55,699 nucleotides of DNA from Reclinomonas americana ATCC 50394 (taxonomy: Eukaryota): the NCBI GenBank assembly GCA_048213135.1, contig PS015069.1, positions 91,198 through 146,896 of the forward strand, in the 5' to 3' direction. Shown here piece after piece: positions 23,456 through 36,975 of the stretch. Positions within the stretch are counted from its first letter, which is position 1, and every line of letters starts with the position of its first letter. A program made the position numbers and the translations under genes. The notes beneath the pieces were generated by a model that saw only the letters and a list, made by a program, of their open reading frames with translations, ran no database searches and was not told the DNA's origin.

Positions 23456-26400
23456 TTACATCGAAGTTGGCGGCACCGGCACGCCACCAGCCGTCGGCGG
23501 GGGCGGCGCCATCTGGAACACGTCGGCGGGGATGTCGCATGCGGCACCCGAGCAGTTCGACAGGTTGTCGGTGATGACAGCGGGCAGACTACGCGAGTTG
23601 ATCCAGCTGAGCTCGGCGGCGTTGAAGACGTTCGGAGCTGTGGATGCGAGAGAAGAGTCAGCCAATGCCTTGTGGTTACTCTCCCGCCCACATGTGCCAC
23701 TCACCAAGGTAGAAGTAGCGATCGCCGTCGCGCGACTCGCGGAACTGCGTCTGCAGAATCCAGTAGTGCGTCGAGCCAAACGGAGTCGGCCAGTTGGCGT
23801 ACGGAGCCTCCGACATGATGCCCATCCACAGATCGACCAATTTGACATTGTCGTAGACACCGGGGCCATCGGGATCTGTGTGTTGCGCACAATGAGAAAA
23901 ACGAAAATCGACCATCAGCGCTCACACAGTCAGTCACTCACCCTGAGCCGCCGTGTACTGCGTCTGACCGTAGGCCGCACGCAGGTTGTCGGCGAACGGA
24001 GTGCCGCAGGTCTTGGTCTGCGTGTTGCACTGGCCTGGGTTGCCGGGGAGGCAGTCGCGGTCGAAAGTGCACGAGCACGTCTTGGTGGCGGCGAAGCAAG
24101 TGTTGCCGGCGCCGCAGTCGGAGTCCTTGGAGCACGAGCGCGGGCGCTCGCTCGTAATGTCGGTGTACGAGTAGATCTTGTTGTTGTTGGTGAGACCCGA
24201 CTGCTGCTGTGCCTCCCACCAGCTGGCGAGGGCGTGGTCGCGACCGCGCTGAATGTTGAAGGCCGCCAGATCGAACAGAATGCCGTACTGGCACACGTTC
24301 ATGTTGCGCAGCTGGTGGACCACCTTGGTGTCGCGCTCCTGGGCGTAGGTCTTGGACTGCAGCAAGTAACTCAAAATGTTAGACTACTTATACACACAAA
24401 CGCATGCTTAGAAAACACTCACCAAGCCACGCAGCAACGACCCAATGCCCTGCGACGCCAGCGACGAAGTCGCCGCCGTCTGGAAGAACGCGTCGGTAAG
24501 CGACATGTTGACAATGGCTGGGTCGGGATCGGTGGCCGACGGCGCCGCCTTGAAGGGCACGGTCTCGGACACCAATGAGTGCAGACGGAAGGCGCTGTGC
24601 GTGTGTCAGGAGATTAGCGACCGAGGATCGGTCAAAGCCCAACACATGCGTCACGTGCACAACAGTACCTGTGGCCCCACTCGTTGCGGATGCGCGGGTT
24701 CGGCTCCATGGTGTTCGGGCCGGTGTAGTCGTCGACAAATGTCGGCACCTTGCCGTTCACAGCCGGTGCGTTGTAGTAGAAGACTGTGCGGAAAAATACA
24801 GAGTGAGAAAGAGAAAAAGAGGAAGAGAATGATGGGGGGCGCAACTCTTGCTCAGGAAATCGACAAACACGATCTTCTGGTACGAGCCAATGAGGAGGTG
24901 GCGGGCGTACTGGAAGATCTGCTCATCGGTGGGGGCCGCCGGCAGGTTGGCGCGGAAGGTGCCGAGAGCACCGCAGCTCGCCGGGATCGGCAACACGGCC
25001 GGGTTGATGCAGTCGGCGATGCGGTTGTGTTCGCGGACGAACAGCGTATGCAGCGCCATGATCGGCAAGTTGTCAGACAAGCGGACGTCACCGGCCACAA
25101 AGAAGTTGGCGCTGTCGTCGGGCTGGTTCGGAAGTCCCTGCGTGTTCACCGGCAGCAGCGGGCCGTCGACGTTGTTCGCCGGAGTAGAAGTCTTCATGCG
25201 ACCACCGGAGAAGGTGCGGAGTCCAGCAGAGCGGTACGAGTCGCTGCCGTAGACCGTCGAGGCTGTGGTATATACAAGGGTTGGGCAACCTGAAGACACA
25301 ACGCAGAACGAGCAAAGAACGGCGGCGCTCACCATCGGCAAAGTGCGTGACCACGTTGGTCTGCACTGGGATGGTCTCGTCGTCGGCCGACAACTGCATC
25401 ATGTTGAAGCTGCGCGAAAAGTTCAAGTCCGAGATGGCACCGTTGCACATGAGCGGCGCATTCATCGGGTCGTTCGGGTCGACGGCGATCGGAGCGCGCG
25501 CCGGCAGCGGGCTCGTGCCCTTGTTGATCGTGCGTGTCTCACGACGAGCCAGATCCATGTCGCTGTGGGTGGGTGGGTGTGATGAGAAACCAGAGAGGGC
25601 GAATGCAGGGAACGGGGGGAGAGGAGGGGGCACGCAACTGCGCGACAAACTGGCCGAATGCCCAGAACACTGTGCATTGAGAAGAAAAGGGTGAGGATTG
25701 GCAAGAAGGGACGAAGGGTGTGCACGGCAGCAGGTGTCGACGGGGGCGCAACTGTTGGTGAGACCAAAACCTGCAAGCAGAGAATCGTCAGTCAACTTGA
25801 TCACGAATGCACACGTACTGTGAACAAAAGCACGCAACGATTCTTGACTTCGACGCCCGGCGCCTGGCTGCAGGCGGCGTTGGAGATGAAGCGAGCCGGC
25901 GGGCGCGGTGGCGGCACATCGGCGGGACCGCACTGCGGGAGCGGTGGCTTGATGTTGCGAATGGCGGCCGGTGTGTTGGCCGGCGAGTCGAACCAGTTGC
26001 ACAGGGCGCACTTGTTCGGCGCAGCCTGGCCCGACATGCCGCTCAGGAAGCCCGAGTTGGCATCGCACGAGTAGCTGCACACAAACATTAGAAAAATCAG
26101 CTTCCGATTACTCACTCTTCCGTGCAATCGCACGCAACTCAAAGTGGAACACGTGGTAGTAGTCGGAGCAGGCGGCGCCCTTGAAGCCGCCAAACGAGCT
26201 AATCGAGTTGCACGAGCCGTCAATGGTGCGGTACTTGGCAGTGGAGGCGCCGGAGCACGACGAGTTCTGCGCGCACACCAGCGCCGTCTCGCCAGCCACC
26301 GTCGGGCTCAGCGGACCCACCGTGTTGGCCGTCACCACCTGCGCCTGGAAGTTGTAGGTCTTGCCAAAACCCGACAGGCCGGTGACCGTGCACCGCGACA

Positions 26401-26701
26401 CCGTGCTCGTCGTCGACAGCGTGCACACGCTGGGCGACGTGGTCGACGGCACAAAAGGAGCGTCGTCGGCCGACGACTGCAGAATCGCCAGGCCAGTGTT
26501 GGCCGGCGCCACCGCCGACGAGACCACGGTGATCACGAGCGCCCGACTCAGCGGCAGCACGGCGGTGGCCGATCTGGGGTCTTGCGGCGTGATGCTGCCG
26601 ATGGTGAGGGTGAGGTTGGAGGCCGAATAGATGGTCGGCGCCGCGGCACCAAAGGCACCACCCAGCGACGTGCCAGCAATGCTGATGCGCGCCGAGATGG
26701 T
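23456..26701 (-). CDS. Heme peroxidase, copy B (first two exons missing at the gap)
   Basis: Reverse-complement homolog of 8622-11873 with intact frames and the same splice sites. Confidence 0.9.
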
Positions 26702-26721
26702 NNNNNNNNNNNNNNNNNNNN

Positions 26722-27443
<722 letters not shown>

Positions 27444-27522
27444 ACTCGCGAAGCTACACCAGCCGCAATCAATGAAGTCCTCTGTCCTTCCTCCATTCTT
27501 CCTCCATTCTTCGTTCCAACAA

Positions 27523-27981
27523 ATGAGCGCCGTGGTGATCCGCCGACGAGTGGCCAACGACCACGACTGTCTGTTCACTGCTCTGGCCTACCTGTGTGAG
27601 GGCCCCCACACACAGAACACAGGCTGTGCGCGTCGTCTGCGTGCTCTGTGTGCGGAAAATGTGCTCGACCCGCTGCGCATGGACCCCGAGTACTGCGAGG
27701 CTGTGCTCGGCATGCCTCCTGCAGCCTACGCTGAGTGGATTCAGAACAAGTTCAACTGGGGCGGTCTGTGTGTGTTGCACCGGGGGACGCATTGATGATT
27801 GACTCTCATCATCTGTTGATCAAAAGGCGAGAACGAAATCATCATCTTGTCGCGTCATTACAAGACAGAGGTGGTGGTCGTGTCAGCCGAGTCGCTCTCT
27901 GCGCTGCCGTACAATGGAACCGAGGTGGCCAGTGAGTGCCGCGGTCGAGTCTACTTGTTGTACACGGGCCAGCATTTCGAT
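27523..27981 (+). CDS. OTU-family deubiquitinase (OTU1/YOD1-like), 3' partial
   Basis: RRRVANDHDCLFTAL (catalytic Cys), EAVLGMPPAAYAEWI, WGGENEIIILS and YLLYTGQHFD (catalytic His). Confidence 0.88.
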
Positions 27982-28085
27982 GTTGCGCAACCTTTCTTCT
28001 CAATCGTCCATCTTGCCAGTCCCTCTCCCGTCCCCTCCTTCTTCTCTTCCTTCCTTTCTTCTTTTCTTTCACTTCTTCCAACGAA

Positions 28086-28263
28086 TTGCTGCTGTTGTTG
28101 TTGTTGTCCTCCTCCTCCGCCTCCTCCTTCCTCGTCTTCTTGTTCTTGTTCTTGTTCTTGTTCTTCTTCTTCTTCTTCTTCTTCTTCTTCTTCTTCTTCT
28201 TCTTCTTCCCATTGTGCTTCTCCGTCTTCTACTTCTCCTCCTCCTCCTCCTCCTCCTCCTCCT
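28086..28263 (+). repeat. Intronic (TGT)/(TCT)/(CCT) microsatellites abutting a gap
   Basis: Trinucleotide runs directly visible in the sequence. Confidence 0.9.
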
Positions 28264-28414
28264 NNNNNNNNNNNNNNNNNNNNNNNNNNNNNNNNNNNNN
28301 NNNNNNNNNNNNNNNNNNNNNNNNNNNNNNNNNNNNNNNNNNNNNNNNNNNNNNNNNNNNNNNNNNNNNNNNNNNNNNNNNNNNNNNNNNNNNNNNNNNN
28401 NNNNNNNNNNNNNN

Positions 28415-30223
28415 TCTGGTGACGTCGCCAGTGTCTCCAGTCCCGGCGGTAGCGGCCCCAGCTGCCACAGCGGCTCGTCAGAATGGGTCAGTGGTCCTCG
28501 TTCATCATTGGTGGTGTTGCATCGTCTCATTCTCCTCCTCCCCAGACCACCGGCCGTCGCAGCCGCACGTCCACCTTCCGCTCCACCCGTGCAGACGCCT
28601 CTGCCGCCGTCGCAGCCTGCCGCACGTCCGACTGGCCCACCACAACCGCAGCCGCTTCAGCCAATGGTGTCGCAGGCTTCCTCCGGTCCTCAGGTGCGCT
28701 CGGCGGTCACCGCGACGAGCGCCTCGGCTCCAGTGCCCAAGGCACCGCCGGTGACCGCTTCTCCGGTGGTGCCGTCGACGCCTGGACAGGGCATGCGACC
28801 GCTTCCGCAACAACAACAGCAACAGCAGCACCAGTCGTCGCCGCCGAATATGGTGGGTCCTCCGCCACCGATGGCGCCGCCACCGTACGTACCAACGGCG
28901 TTGCCGCCACAATTCACTGCGGATGGCATGTTTGCACATGCACATGGCGCTCCCCCACCACCACCCATGTTGCGTGCAGCATCGGTAGCCGAGACGATGT
29001 TTTCATCTCCCAGCTCACGTCCCCCCCCCCCCCCCCCCGATGTAGGTACGGTGCCTTCCCTCCGAGTCCCGGACAGCCATTCGGCCCGGCCCCGACGACA
29101 GCCTACGCTCCTGCGCCAGGTCTGGCGTCCACTCGCTCTCTCTCCTTCTCCATTTCACTCTTGCTGACACGCATGTCCATCAACAGGTTACGCTGGGATG
29201 GGAGGCCATCCGTTTGGTCTGTTTGCGCAGAGTACCGTGCCGTGGATGAACCATGGACCCAATGAGGTGAGACGGAAACGCATAGCATGTTGTTCGATTG
29301 TGTGCATGCATGTGCTTATCGCTTGTTGTTGTCCGTGGTTGCAGCCGCCCATGGCGGGCTTCGACATGGGCTTTGCGCCGCCGCCGCCGCCGGGTCCTGG
29401 TGGTCCCGGCGGTGCACCGGGTGGCGGCTACGGAATGCCGCGTTCCGGTGTGATGCCCGGTCCGCACCAACCGCAGCCGCAACCACAGCAGCAACCGCCG
29501 CCACAACAGCAACAACAACAACAGCAGCAGCAGCAGCAGCAACAACAACAACAACAGCAACAGCAGCCTCCACCGCCGTCCTCTGTGCCAGGTGGCGGAA
29601 ACTCTGCGGGCGCCTCGGCCTTCCCATCGTCGCTGTTTGATCCACTGGGCGATGAGTCGTTGCGTCATGTTCGGCGCTCACACATTGTATTCCTCCAGCA
29701 TGGCTCACGTCTATTTTGTTGTCGTCGCAGTCGACTCGGTGGACAGTCGTATGGCCGCGTGTCGCAGGCAAGCGCTGGTGCGGCGGTGACAGCGGGAGCG
29801 GCCGCGTCGATGAAGCCGTCGGGAGCAGCGGCAATGCGACCGAACGAGCTCACTGTCGAGAAGTCGCTGGATGAGCTGTGGGGAGGCATTGCCCGTCGCT
29901 CCTCGCCCGATCCGACGTCGATGGCGAGCTCTGCGCGCAACATTGATCTGTCCAGTTTCATCGACTCGAGTGTCGGCGGTGGGGTGAATGGCGTGCCCGG
30001 TGGGCCCACGCGCTCCCTGTCGCACCTCTTCCCTGGTGATGTGCTGGGTGCGGCACCGTCGGGCGGCAGCAACGGTGGCGGTGAGAGCGACCTCTTTTCG
30101 TCGACTGGCGGCTTTGGTGCGTTTGGCAGCTTCCTGGGCGCACCCAGCAAGAGCGTGGGTGGCGGTGACTGGGCCATTATTGCGCCGCCCGACTCGGGCA
30201 GCTCGGCTTTTTCGCCCTTCCAG
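28415..30223 (+). CDS. Internal fragment of a Pro/Gln/Gly-rich low-complexity protein (no start or stop visible)
   Basis: Plus-strand GT-AG introns (donors near 28487, 28969, 29120, 29267, 29659) keep the frame open; poly-Q tracts; flanked by gaps on both sides. Confidence 0.7.
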
Positions 30224-30751
30224 NNNNNNNNNNNNNNNNNNNNNNNNNNNNNNNNNNNNNNNNNNNNNNNNNNNNNNNNNNNNNNNNNNNNNNNNNNNNN
30301 NNNNNNNNNNNNNNNNNNNNNNNNNNNNNNNNNNNNNNNNNNNNNNNNNNNNNNNNNNNNNNNNNNNNNNNNNNNNNNNNNNNNNNNNNNNNNNNNNNNN
30401 NNNNNNNNNNNNNNNNNNNNNNNNNNNNNNNNNNNNNNNNNNNNNNNNNNNNNNNNNNNNNNNNNNNNNNNNNNNNNNNNNNNNNNNNNNNNNNNNNNNN
30501 NNNNNNNNNNNNNNNNNNNNNNNNNNNNNNNNNNNNNNNNNNNNNNNNNNNNNNNNNNNNNNNNNNNNNNNNNNNNNNNNNNNNNNNNNNNNNNNNNNNN
30601 NNNNNNNNNNNNNNNNNNNNNNNNNNNNNNNNNNNNNNNNNNNNNNNNNNNNNNNNNNNNNNNNNNNNNNNNNNNNNNNNNNNNNNNNNNNNNNNNNNNN
30701 NNNNNNNNNNNNNNNNNNNNNNNNNNNNNNNNNNNNNNNNNNNNNNNNNNN

Positions 30752-33303
30752 CCCGCCGCAGGCACATTGACAACCTCCGCAACCTCCTCGTCACTCGCAT
30801 CGTCATCCACATCGTCATTCGCTCCACCCGTCCCACTGGCACCCTTGCCCTTCTTCTTCTTGTTCTTGTTCTTCTTCTTCTTGCCGCCAGTGGCGGTGGC
30901 TGTCGCCGCGACGGTCACGCCAGCACCGTTCATGCTTCGCTTCGCCTCCTCCTCCAGCGCCGCCACCAGCGCCACCGCGGCCGCATTGGCCTGTGACGCC
31001 TGAGCGGCGGTCGGCTGTAGTTGCGCAAGTGCCGTGGGCCGCGAGGCCAGCGCCCGGTTGATGCGGTCGATCATGCTGATGAGCTGCGGGTTGTGCGGTG
31101 CAATCTTGAGGCAGTTCTGCAGCTCCACCAGCGCCATGGGGTAGTGATGTTGCGCCTCGCACGCCTGTGCTTTCCGGAAATGCGTCTTCAGCATGAACGC
31201 CTCGTTGGGCGCGTCCATTTGTGCGAGGAAACGCTCCACCGAGATGCAATCGGCCAGCGCCAGCGACCATTGACTCTGTGCACGGGGGGGATGGTGAGAC
31301 ACGCGACGACGACAAGGACGACGAAGATGGTAATTGTGTAGCGCAATACTCACCGTTTCCAAAAACACCTTGGCGCGATTCAACATGAGTGGCACCACAT
31401 AATCGTCCACCTTGGCTGGATCGCCCAACTGCAGTCCACCACTGCTCGTGCCCACTGGCGACACTCCCAGCGCCTCCAGACCCTCGGTGAACGACAACAC
31501 TGCCTGCGCATGCATGCCGCGCGAAAACAACGAGTTTCCTTCCGTGTTGCACAGGTACGCACGCTCGTGCCGTTCCTTCTCGGCCACCAGGTTGTGGTAG
31601 AGTTGTCGCAAAAAGATGGATGCCAACACAATGCCAAAGTACGTCACCGTCTCCTCTAGCCGCTGATTCAGTGGCATGTGCTCGTCCCGGCAGTCTGCGT
31701 ACAAGCACGAACGGCACACGGGACGGCCCCAGCTGCGCAAAAAGCACACCTGCGTCCAATGGCACCGTTAGTCACAAGCACTCTCCTCCCGCAACATATC
31801 GTGTTGCGCAACACACACCTCGGGCTTGCTGAGGAAGCACTTGACGCACTTGAACCAGCGCTGGTACAGAATGACCGTGTTGAAGAGTGGTGGCACGTGC
31901 TCCTCTTCCTGCACCGTGTCCAGCTCGCTCTCCTGCGCACAGCAAGCAGCACTCAGCGATTCCGCCGCAAGTCTCGCTCTCAGCGGTCCCTGCCACGACT
32001 CACCTCGTGCACGTACTTGGAGCTGGCCGGCACCAGGCACTCGCGACGATAGAAAAAGTAGGCCAGAGCGCGGGGTGCTGGCACCTCCCACACGCCGCGA
32101 GACATCATGTCGTCAAACAAGGCCGACACCAACGTCAAGAACAACGGGAACGAGCAATCAAAGTCGTCGTACTCGTCCATGGTCGGATCACCCTCGCCAT
32201 CCTCGTACTCGTCGTGATGCGCCAGCGACCGCTTCGCTCGCAGCTGCACCTCTTGCTGTTGCTGCTGCTGCTGACGACCCTCACGTCGCCGCAGTCGCAG
32301 CGCGCTATCCTCCTCATCGTCGCCATCCTCATCGTCGTCGTCATCATCATCATCATCGTCCACATCACCATCATCGTGCCCATCCACACCCCCTGTCGTC
32401 TTACCGGCCGCAGTCGCACGCTGCAAACGACGCTTCCGTCGCCGCTTCTGTCGCTTCGACAACGCCGTCGACGACGACGACGACTTACTGTCGGCCGACG
32501 CACCGGCACCAGCACCTCCCCCACTGCGCGCCGCCGCCGTCGCCGGTGCAGCAACAGCCGGAGTTGCCGACGCCACCGGCGGCGGTGGCGGCTTCATCGG
32601 CACAATGAGGCTCTCCACCGATTCCACGAACTCACCCAGGTTGACGCGCACAATGCGACTCTGCAAGCACACGAAGTCAATCAAGGATCGCACAACTGAA
32701 CACGCGTCTCCGCTCTTGTCTGCTAACAATACACATGCTCACTCTCACACACTCTCATGTATACACAGCAGGGAGGAGAGGAGAAGAGCAGTGCGTACAC
32801 ACCTGACCAGCGAGGACCCACGATGCCGCCGCCGCCGCCGCCGAGGGCGACGGGAGAGACGGCGACGGAGGTGACGAGGACGATGACGCAGCATTGGCGC
32901 CATTGGCCGTTGCCGTTGCAGAAGCAGCGGAGGCGGAGGAGGAGGGCACAGCCGCAACTGCCGCCAGTGCCGCCTGCGCCTGCTCGACCGTCAGGCGACT
33001 GAGTCGCGCACGCCGGCGCATGCACAGACGACGATAGAACTCGCTCAGTGCCGGCAGCGAGTGCGTCTCGCTGACAGAGACCACTGATGCTGCCGATGCT
33101 GCTGAGGAGGAGGCAGGAGGGTGGTGGCCATGTCGGCTGCCACCTTTGCTCGCTGATGCAGGCGCTGGTGGAGGTGAGTTGCTGGGGCGTGACTGCGCAG
33201 CGAGTGGCACTGGGGCCAGGCTCAGCAGCTTCTCCCACAGGAGGTAGTCGGTGGGGTCGGCGGGGTTGGGCGTGCTCGGAGAGAACTCAATCACGCGCTC
33301 CAT
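30752..33303 (-). CDS. TPR-containing protein with a Cys-rich (possible zinc-binding) segment, 3' partial
   Basis: EGNSLFSRGMHAQAVLSFTEGL, LMLNRAKVFL, and KTHFRKAQACEAQHHYPMALVELQNCLKIAPHN form three TPR repeats; CVKC...CRSC motifs lie upstream. Confidence 0.75.
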
Positions 33304-33548
33304 GGTGGACGTGGAAAGACAACCCAGAAAAAGCCTCTTTCACGCGGGAAAGAGAGGAGCGGAGAGGTCGAGAGAGAGATTGAGGAGAGAGAGCGTATGT
33401 GCAGCTCTCGTCGCTCTGCGCCTCTCTGTGTGCCTCTCTGTGTGTAAGTGAGTGCGTTGCGATGGAATGGCGGGAGTGCATTGTACCGCGCGGGTAATGT
33501 CCCTTCTTACTCTATCGCAACCGCACCGCGCAGTCGTCACACACAAAC

Positions 33549-34351
33549 ATGGGGTGAGTCTGTTGCCTGTTGCTCGTTGTGTTGCTGGCATGCGTGTGTG
33601 CGTGTGTGTGCGAGTGCGATGAAGCGTTGTGGAGTGGGGTGGCACATGTTGATGTCCATGTGCATGTCGTCGACCCGTTCACTGACCGCGCCCCTCCCTC
33701 CCTCCCTCTCTCCCCCACTCCCATTTCCATTGTGCCTCACAGCAAGGGTGCGTTATGCGATGCGAGTGTGCTTCCTCTTGTGTGTGTCAACGCCCGGTGA
33801 CCTAATTTGGATCCCTCTCTCTCTCTCCTCTCTCTGCTCACAGTCCACGGATCACTCTCGCGTGCCGGCAAGGTCCGCTCGCAGGTGAGCCAACAGCGCA
33901 GACACAGAATGTCCCCACAATCTCGCTCTCTGGTGTACAGTGATTGCTCACTGTCATCTTTTCTCTCTGCAGACCCCCAAGGTCGACAAGAAGGAGAAGC
34001 CGCGCTCCAAGCTCGGCCGCGCCAAGAAGCGCATTCAGGTGTGTAGCTACGCGGGGCAGGGAGTGGGTGCGGGGAGTGAGTGAGTGAGCGATGGACATGG
34101 ATGGCATGTCTGCTCTCTCTTCTCTGTGCACGTGCGAGTGTGTGTGTGCTCACTTGTTTGCCTTGCAGTACCGCCGTCGCTTCATGAATGTGGTGGCTGG
34201 CCCTGGTGAGTGTTGGCGATGTGGGCATGTGTCATGAGTGATCTCCTTCTCAATCATTCTCTTCTGTGAACGATCAGGCGGCAAGGTGATGGGCCCCAAC
34301 AAGCTGGCCATGCAGCAGAAGCGCGCTGGCATCGAGCCGACTGCTCCTTAA
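33549..34351 (+). CDS. RPS30: 40S ribosomal protein eS30 (not fused to a ubiquitin-like domain), 6 coding exons
   Basis: Exons 33549-33553, 33743-33747, 33844-33884, 33973-34038, 34169-34205 and 34278-34351 give [60 protein letters not shown]... Confidence 0.96.
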
Positions 34352-34654
34352 ACACCGTGCCAGGCAGGACTGCTCTCACCCTCGCTCTCTCCACGCGGGT
34401 GCTTCTTCTCATGTGACATGTATGATGGTGTGGAGGCTGCGTAAGAACTCTCTCTCTTACCACTGCTTGCCATTGCGTGTGGAAGTGCTTGTGTGTGGGA
34501 GTGTGCGTGTGCGTGTGTGTGATTCTGTTTGCCAACGGGCGCGTCTACTCTGTTGCATAAAAACCACAACAATTTCACAAGCCCTCTCCGTGTGTGTGTT
34601 TGTGTTATCCTTTTCCTTTATCACTCTTCTCACGGCTGTGTGCGTGTGTGTGGG

Positions 34655-36544
34655 TTATCGGAGGGCGCGTGGACCGAGTACTTGACGACGCTCGCCATCG
34701 CGGATGGTGCCACCGAGCAGCTGGTTGTCTGTGAGGAGGAGAGTTGGCTCTAAATTGGTTGTAGCCTGCGCGCAGCGTGGTGGATGGACGCAACTGACGC
34801 TCTCGGGCTCGACATTAGCACCGGCAGTGCGTGGTGGTGGTCGCGATGGCGCAGCTTCGCGTGGTTTGCTTAGCGCGAATGGCGAATCCTGTTCGCGTTT
34901 GGCGGCGCCCAGATTGACACCTGTATCCTCGGTCGACACACCGCCCGTGGTTTGCTGCTGCTGCTGCTGTTCCTCCAGCAAGTGCGCGGCGGTGACGATC
35001 TCGAGGATGCGCTCGCTCACGTCCTCGTCGCCCGGACGAATGGTGTGGTGGCGCGGCAAGTCATCATCTGCACACTATGTCGTGAGCACTAAGATAATCC
35101 AAGGAAAACACTCAAGCAAAACGCAACAAGCGACACGAGTGAGCTCTGTGCGCGGCACGCGGTTGACCACACCCTGTACTGCCTGGAAGAACTCGCCACT
35201 CGACTCTTCCTCGGCCTCGGCCGGAAGCACTGAGTCGCAGGTCAGACACGAGACAACAACAAAGAGACAAAGAAGAGGGTCAACCAGACCAGACTCAATA
35301 TCGAGCTCTCGCAGACGTGGCCAGGCGGTCACACGTGAGGCCAGTTCCTCCAGTCCGCTCAGGCCAATGACGTTGTCTGCGCACGAACACCAACTGTTAA
35401 AAACATTGTAGGCTATATGACTTGTCAGCCAGCAGTTCGCAACTGGCCAAGTTGAGCACACGCAAGCCTGGCGCCTTGACCAGGGCACGTACGACCGAGG
35501 TGACGCCCTCGGCCGTCAGGTGGCACGCCGACAGACCCAACACCGAGAGTCGTCCATTGGCGGCGATCTTGCTCACCAGGTGCGACAGCTGCCGCACGGC
35601 GTCGTGGCTATCGCCAATCGGTGTCTCTGCAATCGTGGGCGGTGCGCTGTCAGTTATCTTGATACGCGGTGTTCCCATTGTTCACACCACAAACCATCCA
35701 ATCGCAGCTCCTCCAGGTTCACGGCATACTTCTCCAGCGTCTCGAACAGCTCCACAAAACCGCCGAGCTCCGGATCGGTCTCGTCGGTAATGTCGGCACC
35801 CACCGCCTGCTCGCCGTTCATCGTCAGCACCGTAATAGAGGAAACGGCACGGGAGAGAGACAGAGCAAAGAACCTTGAGTTCCACGCGTCGCAAGTGCGG
35901 CCAGTGTGGCACGGCATGCGCCAGAGTGGCCATACCGTCGGCGCCCACCGGATTCTCTGCATGCACGTACGGTGAGCTGCTTCACAGAGGAAAAAAACAG
36001 CTCGGTTCCACACACCCCTCCTCACCCTCAATGACCAGCGTCTCCACATGCTGCGCCTCGCCGAGAGCCGCCACCAGGAACTTGGTGGCATCGGCATTCA
36101 GCGCGTTCCCGGCACCAATGGTCACGCCCTTTAACGCCGGCCACGTCGCCGTCACCGTGCCCAACCGACCCCACTCGGTCCATGCCGGTCGCGCCCGTGC
36201 CGACACCTCCAGCCACTCCAGCGCTGGTGCCTTGGCCAGCGTGCTCACATCCAACGACGCCGCCGACGTGCGCGACAACAGACACGCCACATCTGTGCGT
36301 TCCCACGACTGCCGACGCGCCCGCGCACTCGGCCACGCCAACACCGCGTCAGCATAGACCGCCACTCGCCGGGCCTCGCTCAGCTGGAACGAGCACACGT
36401 GCAGTGACAGACTGACTCCGCCCTGCAACTCCACAGCGATCTTCGGAGGAACTGTGCCGATGGCATCATCGTCGTCGTCGTCGCTGATAAGAGGAAGCTC
36501 TCTGATGGGGAACGAGTCATCATCATCATCATCATCGCGATCAC

Positions 36545-36581
<37 letters not shown>

Positions 36582-36904
36582 GCTGTTGCTGTCATAGTCA
36601 TAGTCGCTCACTGGCCACATGACCGATTCGATCGGCTCCAAAGGCGCGACAAAGAACGACTCAAACGCATTCATCTCCCCATTGTGAACATCGCTGAGAA
36701 TCGTGTCCCATGCGTCGTTCTCGCTGTTGTTGTTGTTGCTGATCGGGTCGGAGTCGCTCACATCCTCGTCGTGTGCGCTGTGAACACGTGTCAGTCATCG
36801 TGCGGGAAGATGAGGAGAGAGACAAGACGCAACACGACGGTGATCGCGAACAGGAGGGGGGCGACGAGGAGGAGGAGAAGAAAGGAGGCGAGGAGCGCTC
36901 GCAT
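34655..36904 (-). CDS. Signal-peptide protein with an acidic/poly-Asn N-terminus and RNI-like leucine-rich repeats (3' end uncertain)
   Basis: MRALLASFLLLLLVAPLLFAITVVA leader; repeats ENPVGADGMATLAHAVPHWPHLRRVEL, LSVLGLSACHLTAEGVTSVVRALVKAPGLRVLNL and NVIGLSGLEELASRVTAWPRLRELDI. Confidence 0.7.
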
Positions 36905-36975
36905 GATTTGATGATCGCCTCAAGTTCGTTAGTTGATGGTTCACGGGACCGGTTTACTACTTCGCGATCGATCGA

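Larger units (their letters stand above)
8622..26701. repeat. ~8.8 kb inverted near-duplicate (8622-17426 vs 17882-26701); probably two haplotypes of one locus
   Basis: The same three genes occur in mirror order, with scattered SNPs and indels. Both arms begin and end at homologous positions next to N gaps. Confidence 0.95.

Noticed and set aside
33615-33690. Possible C/D snoRNA in eS30 intron 1 (GCGATGA...CTGA)
   Set aside because: The C box is imperfect, the CTGA coincides with a likely branch-point motif, and I recognised no rRNA guide complementarity.
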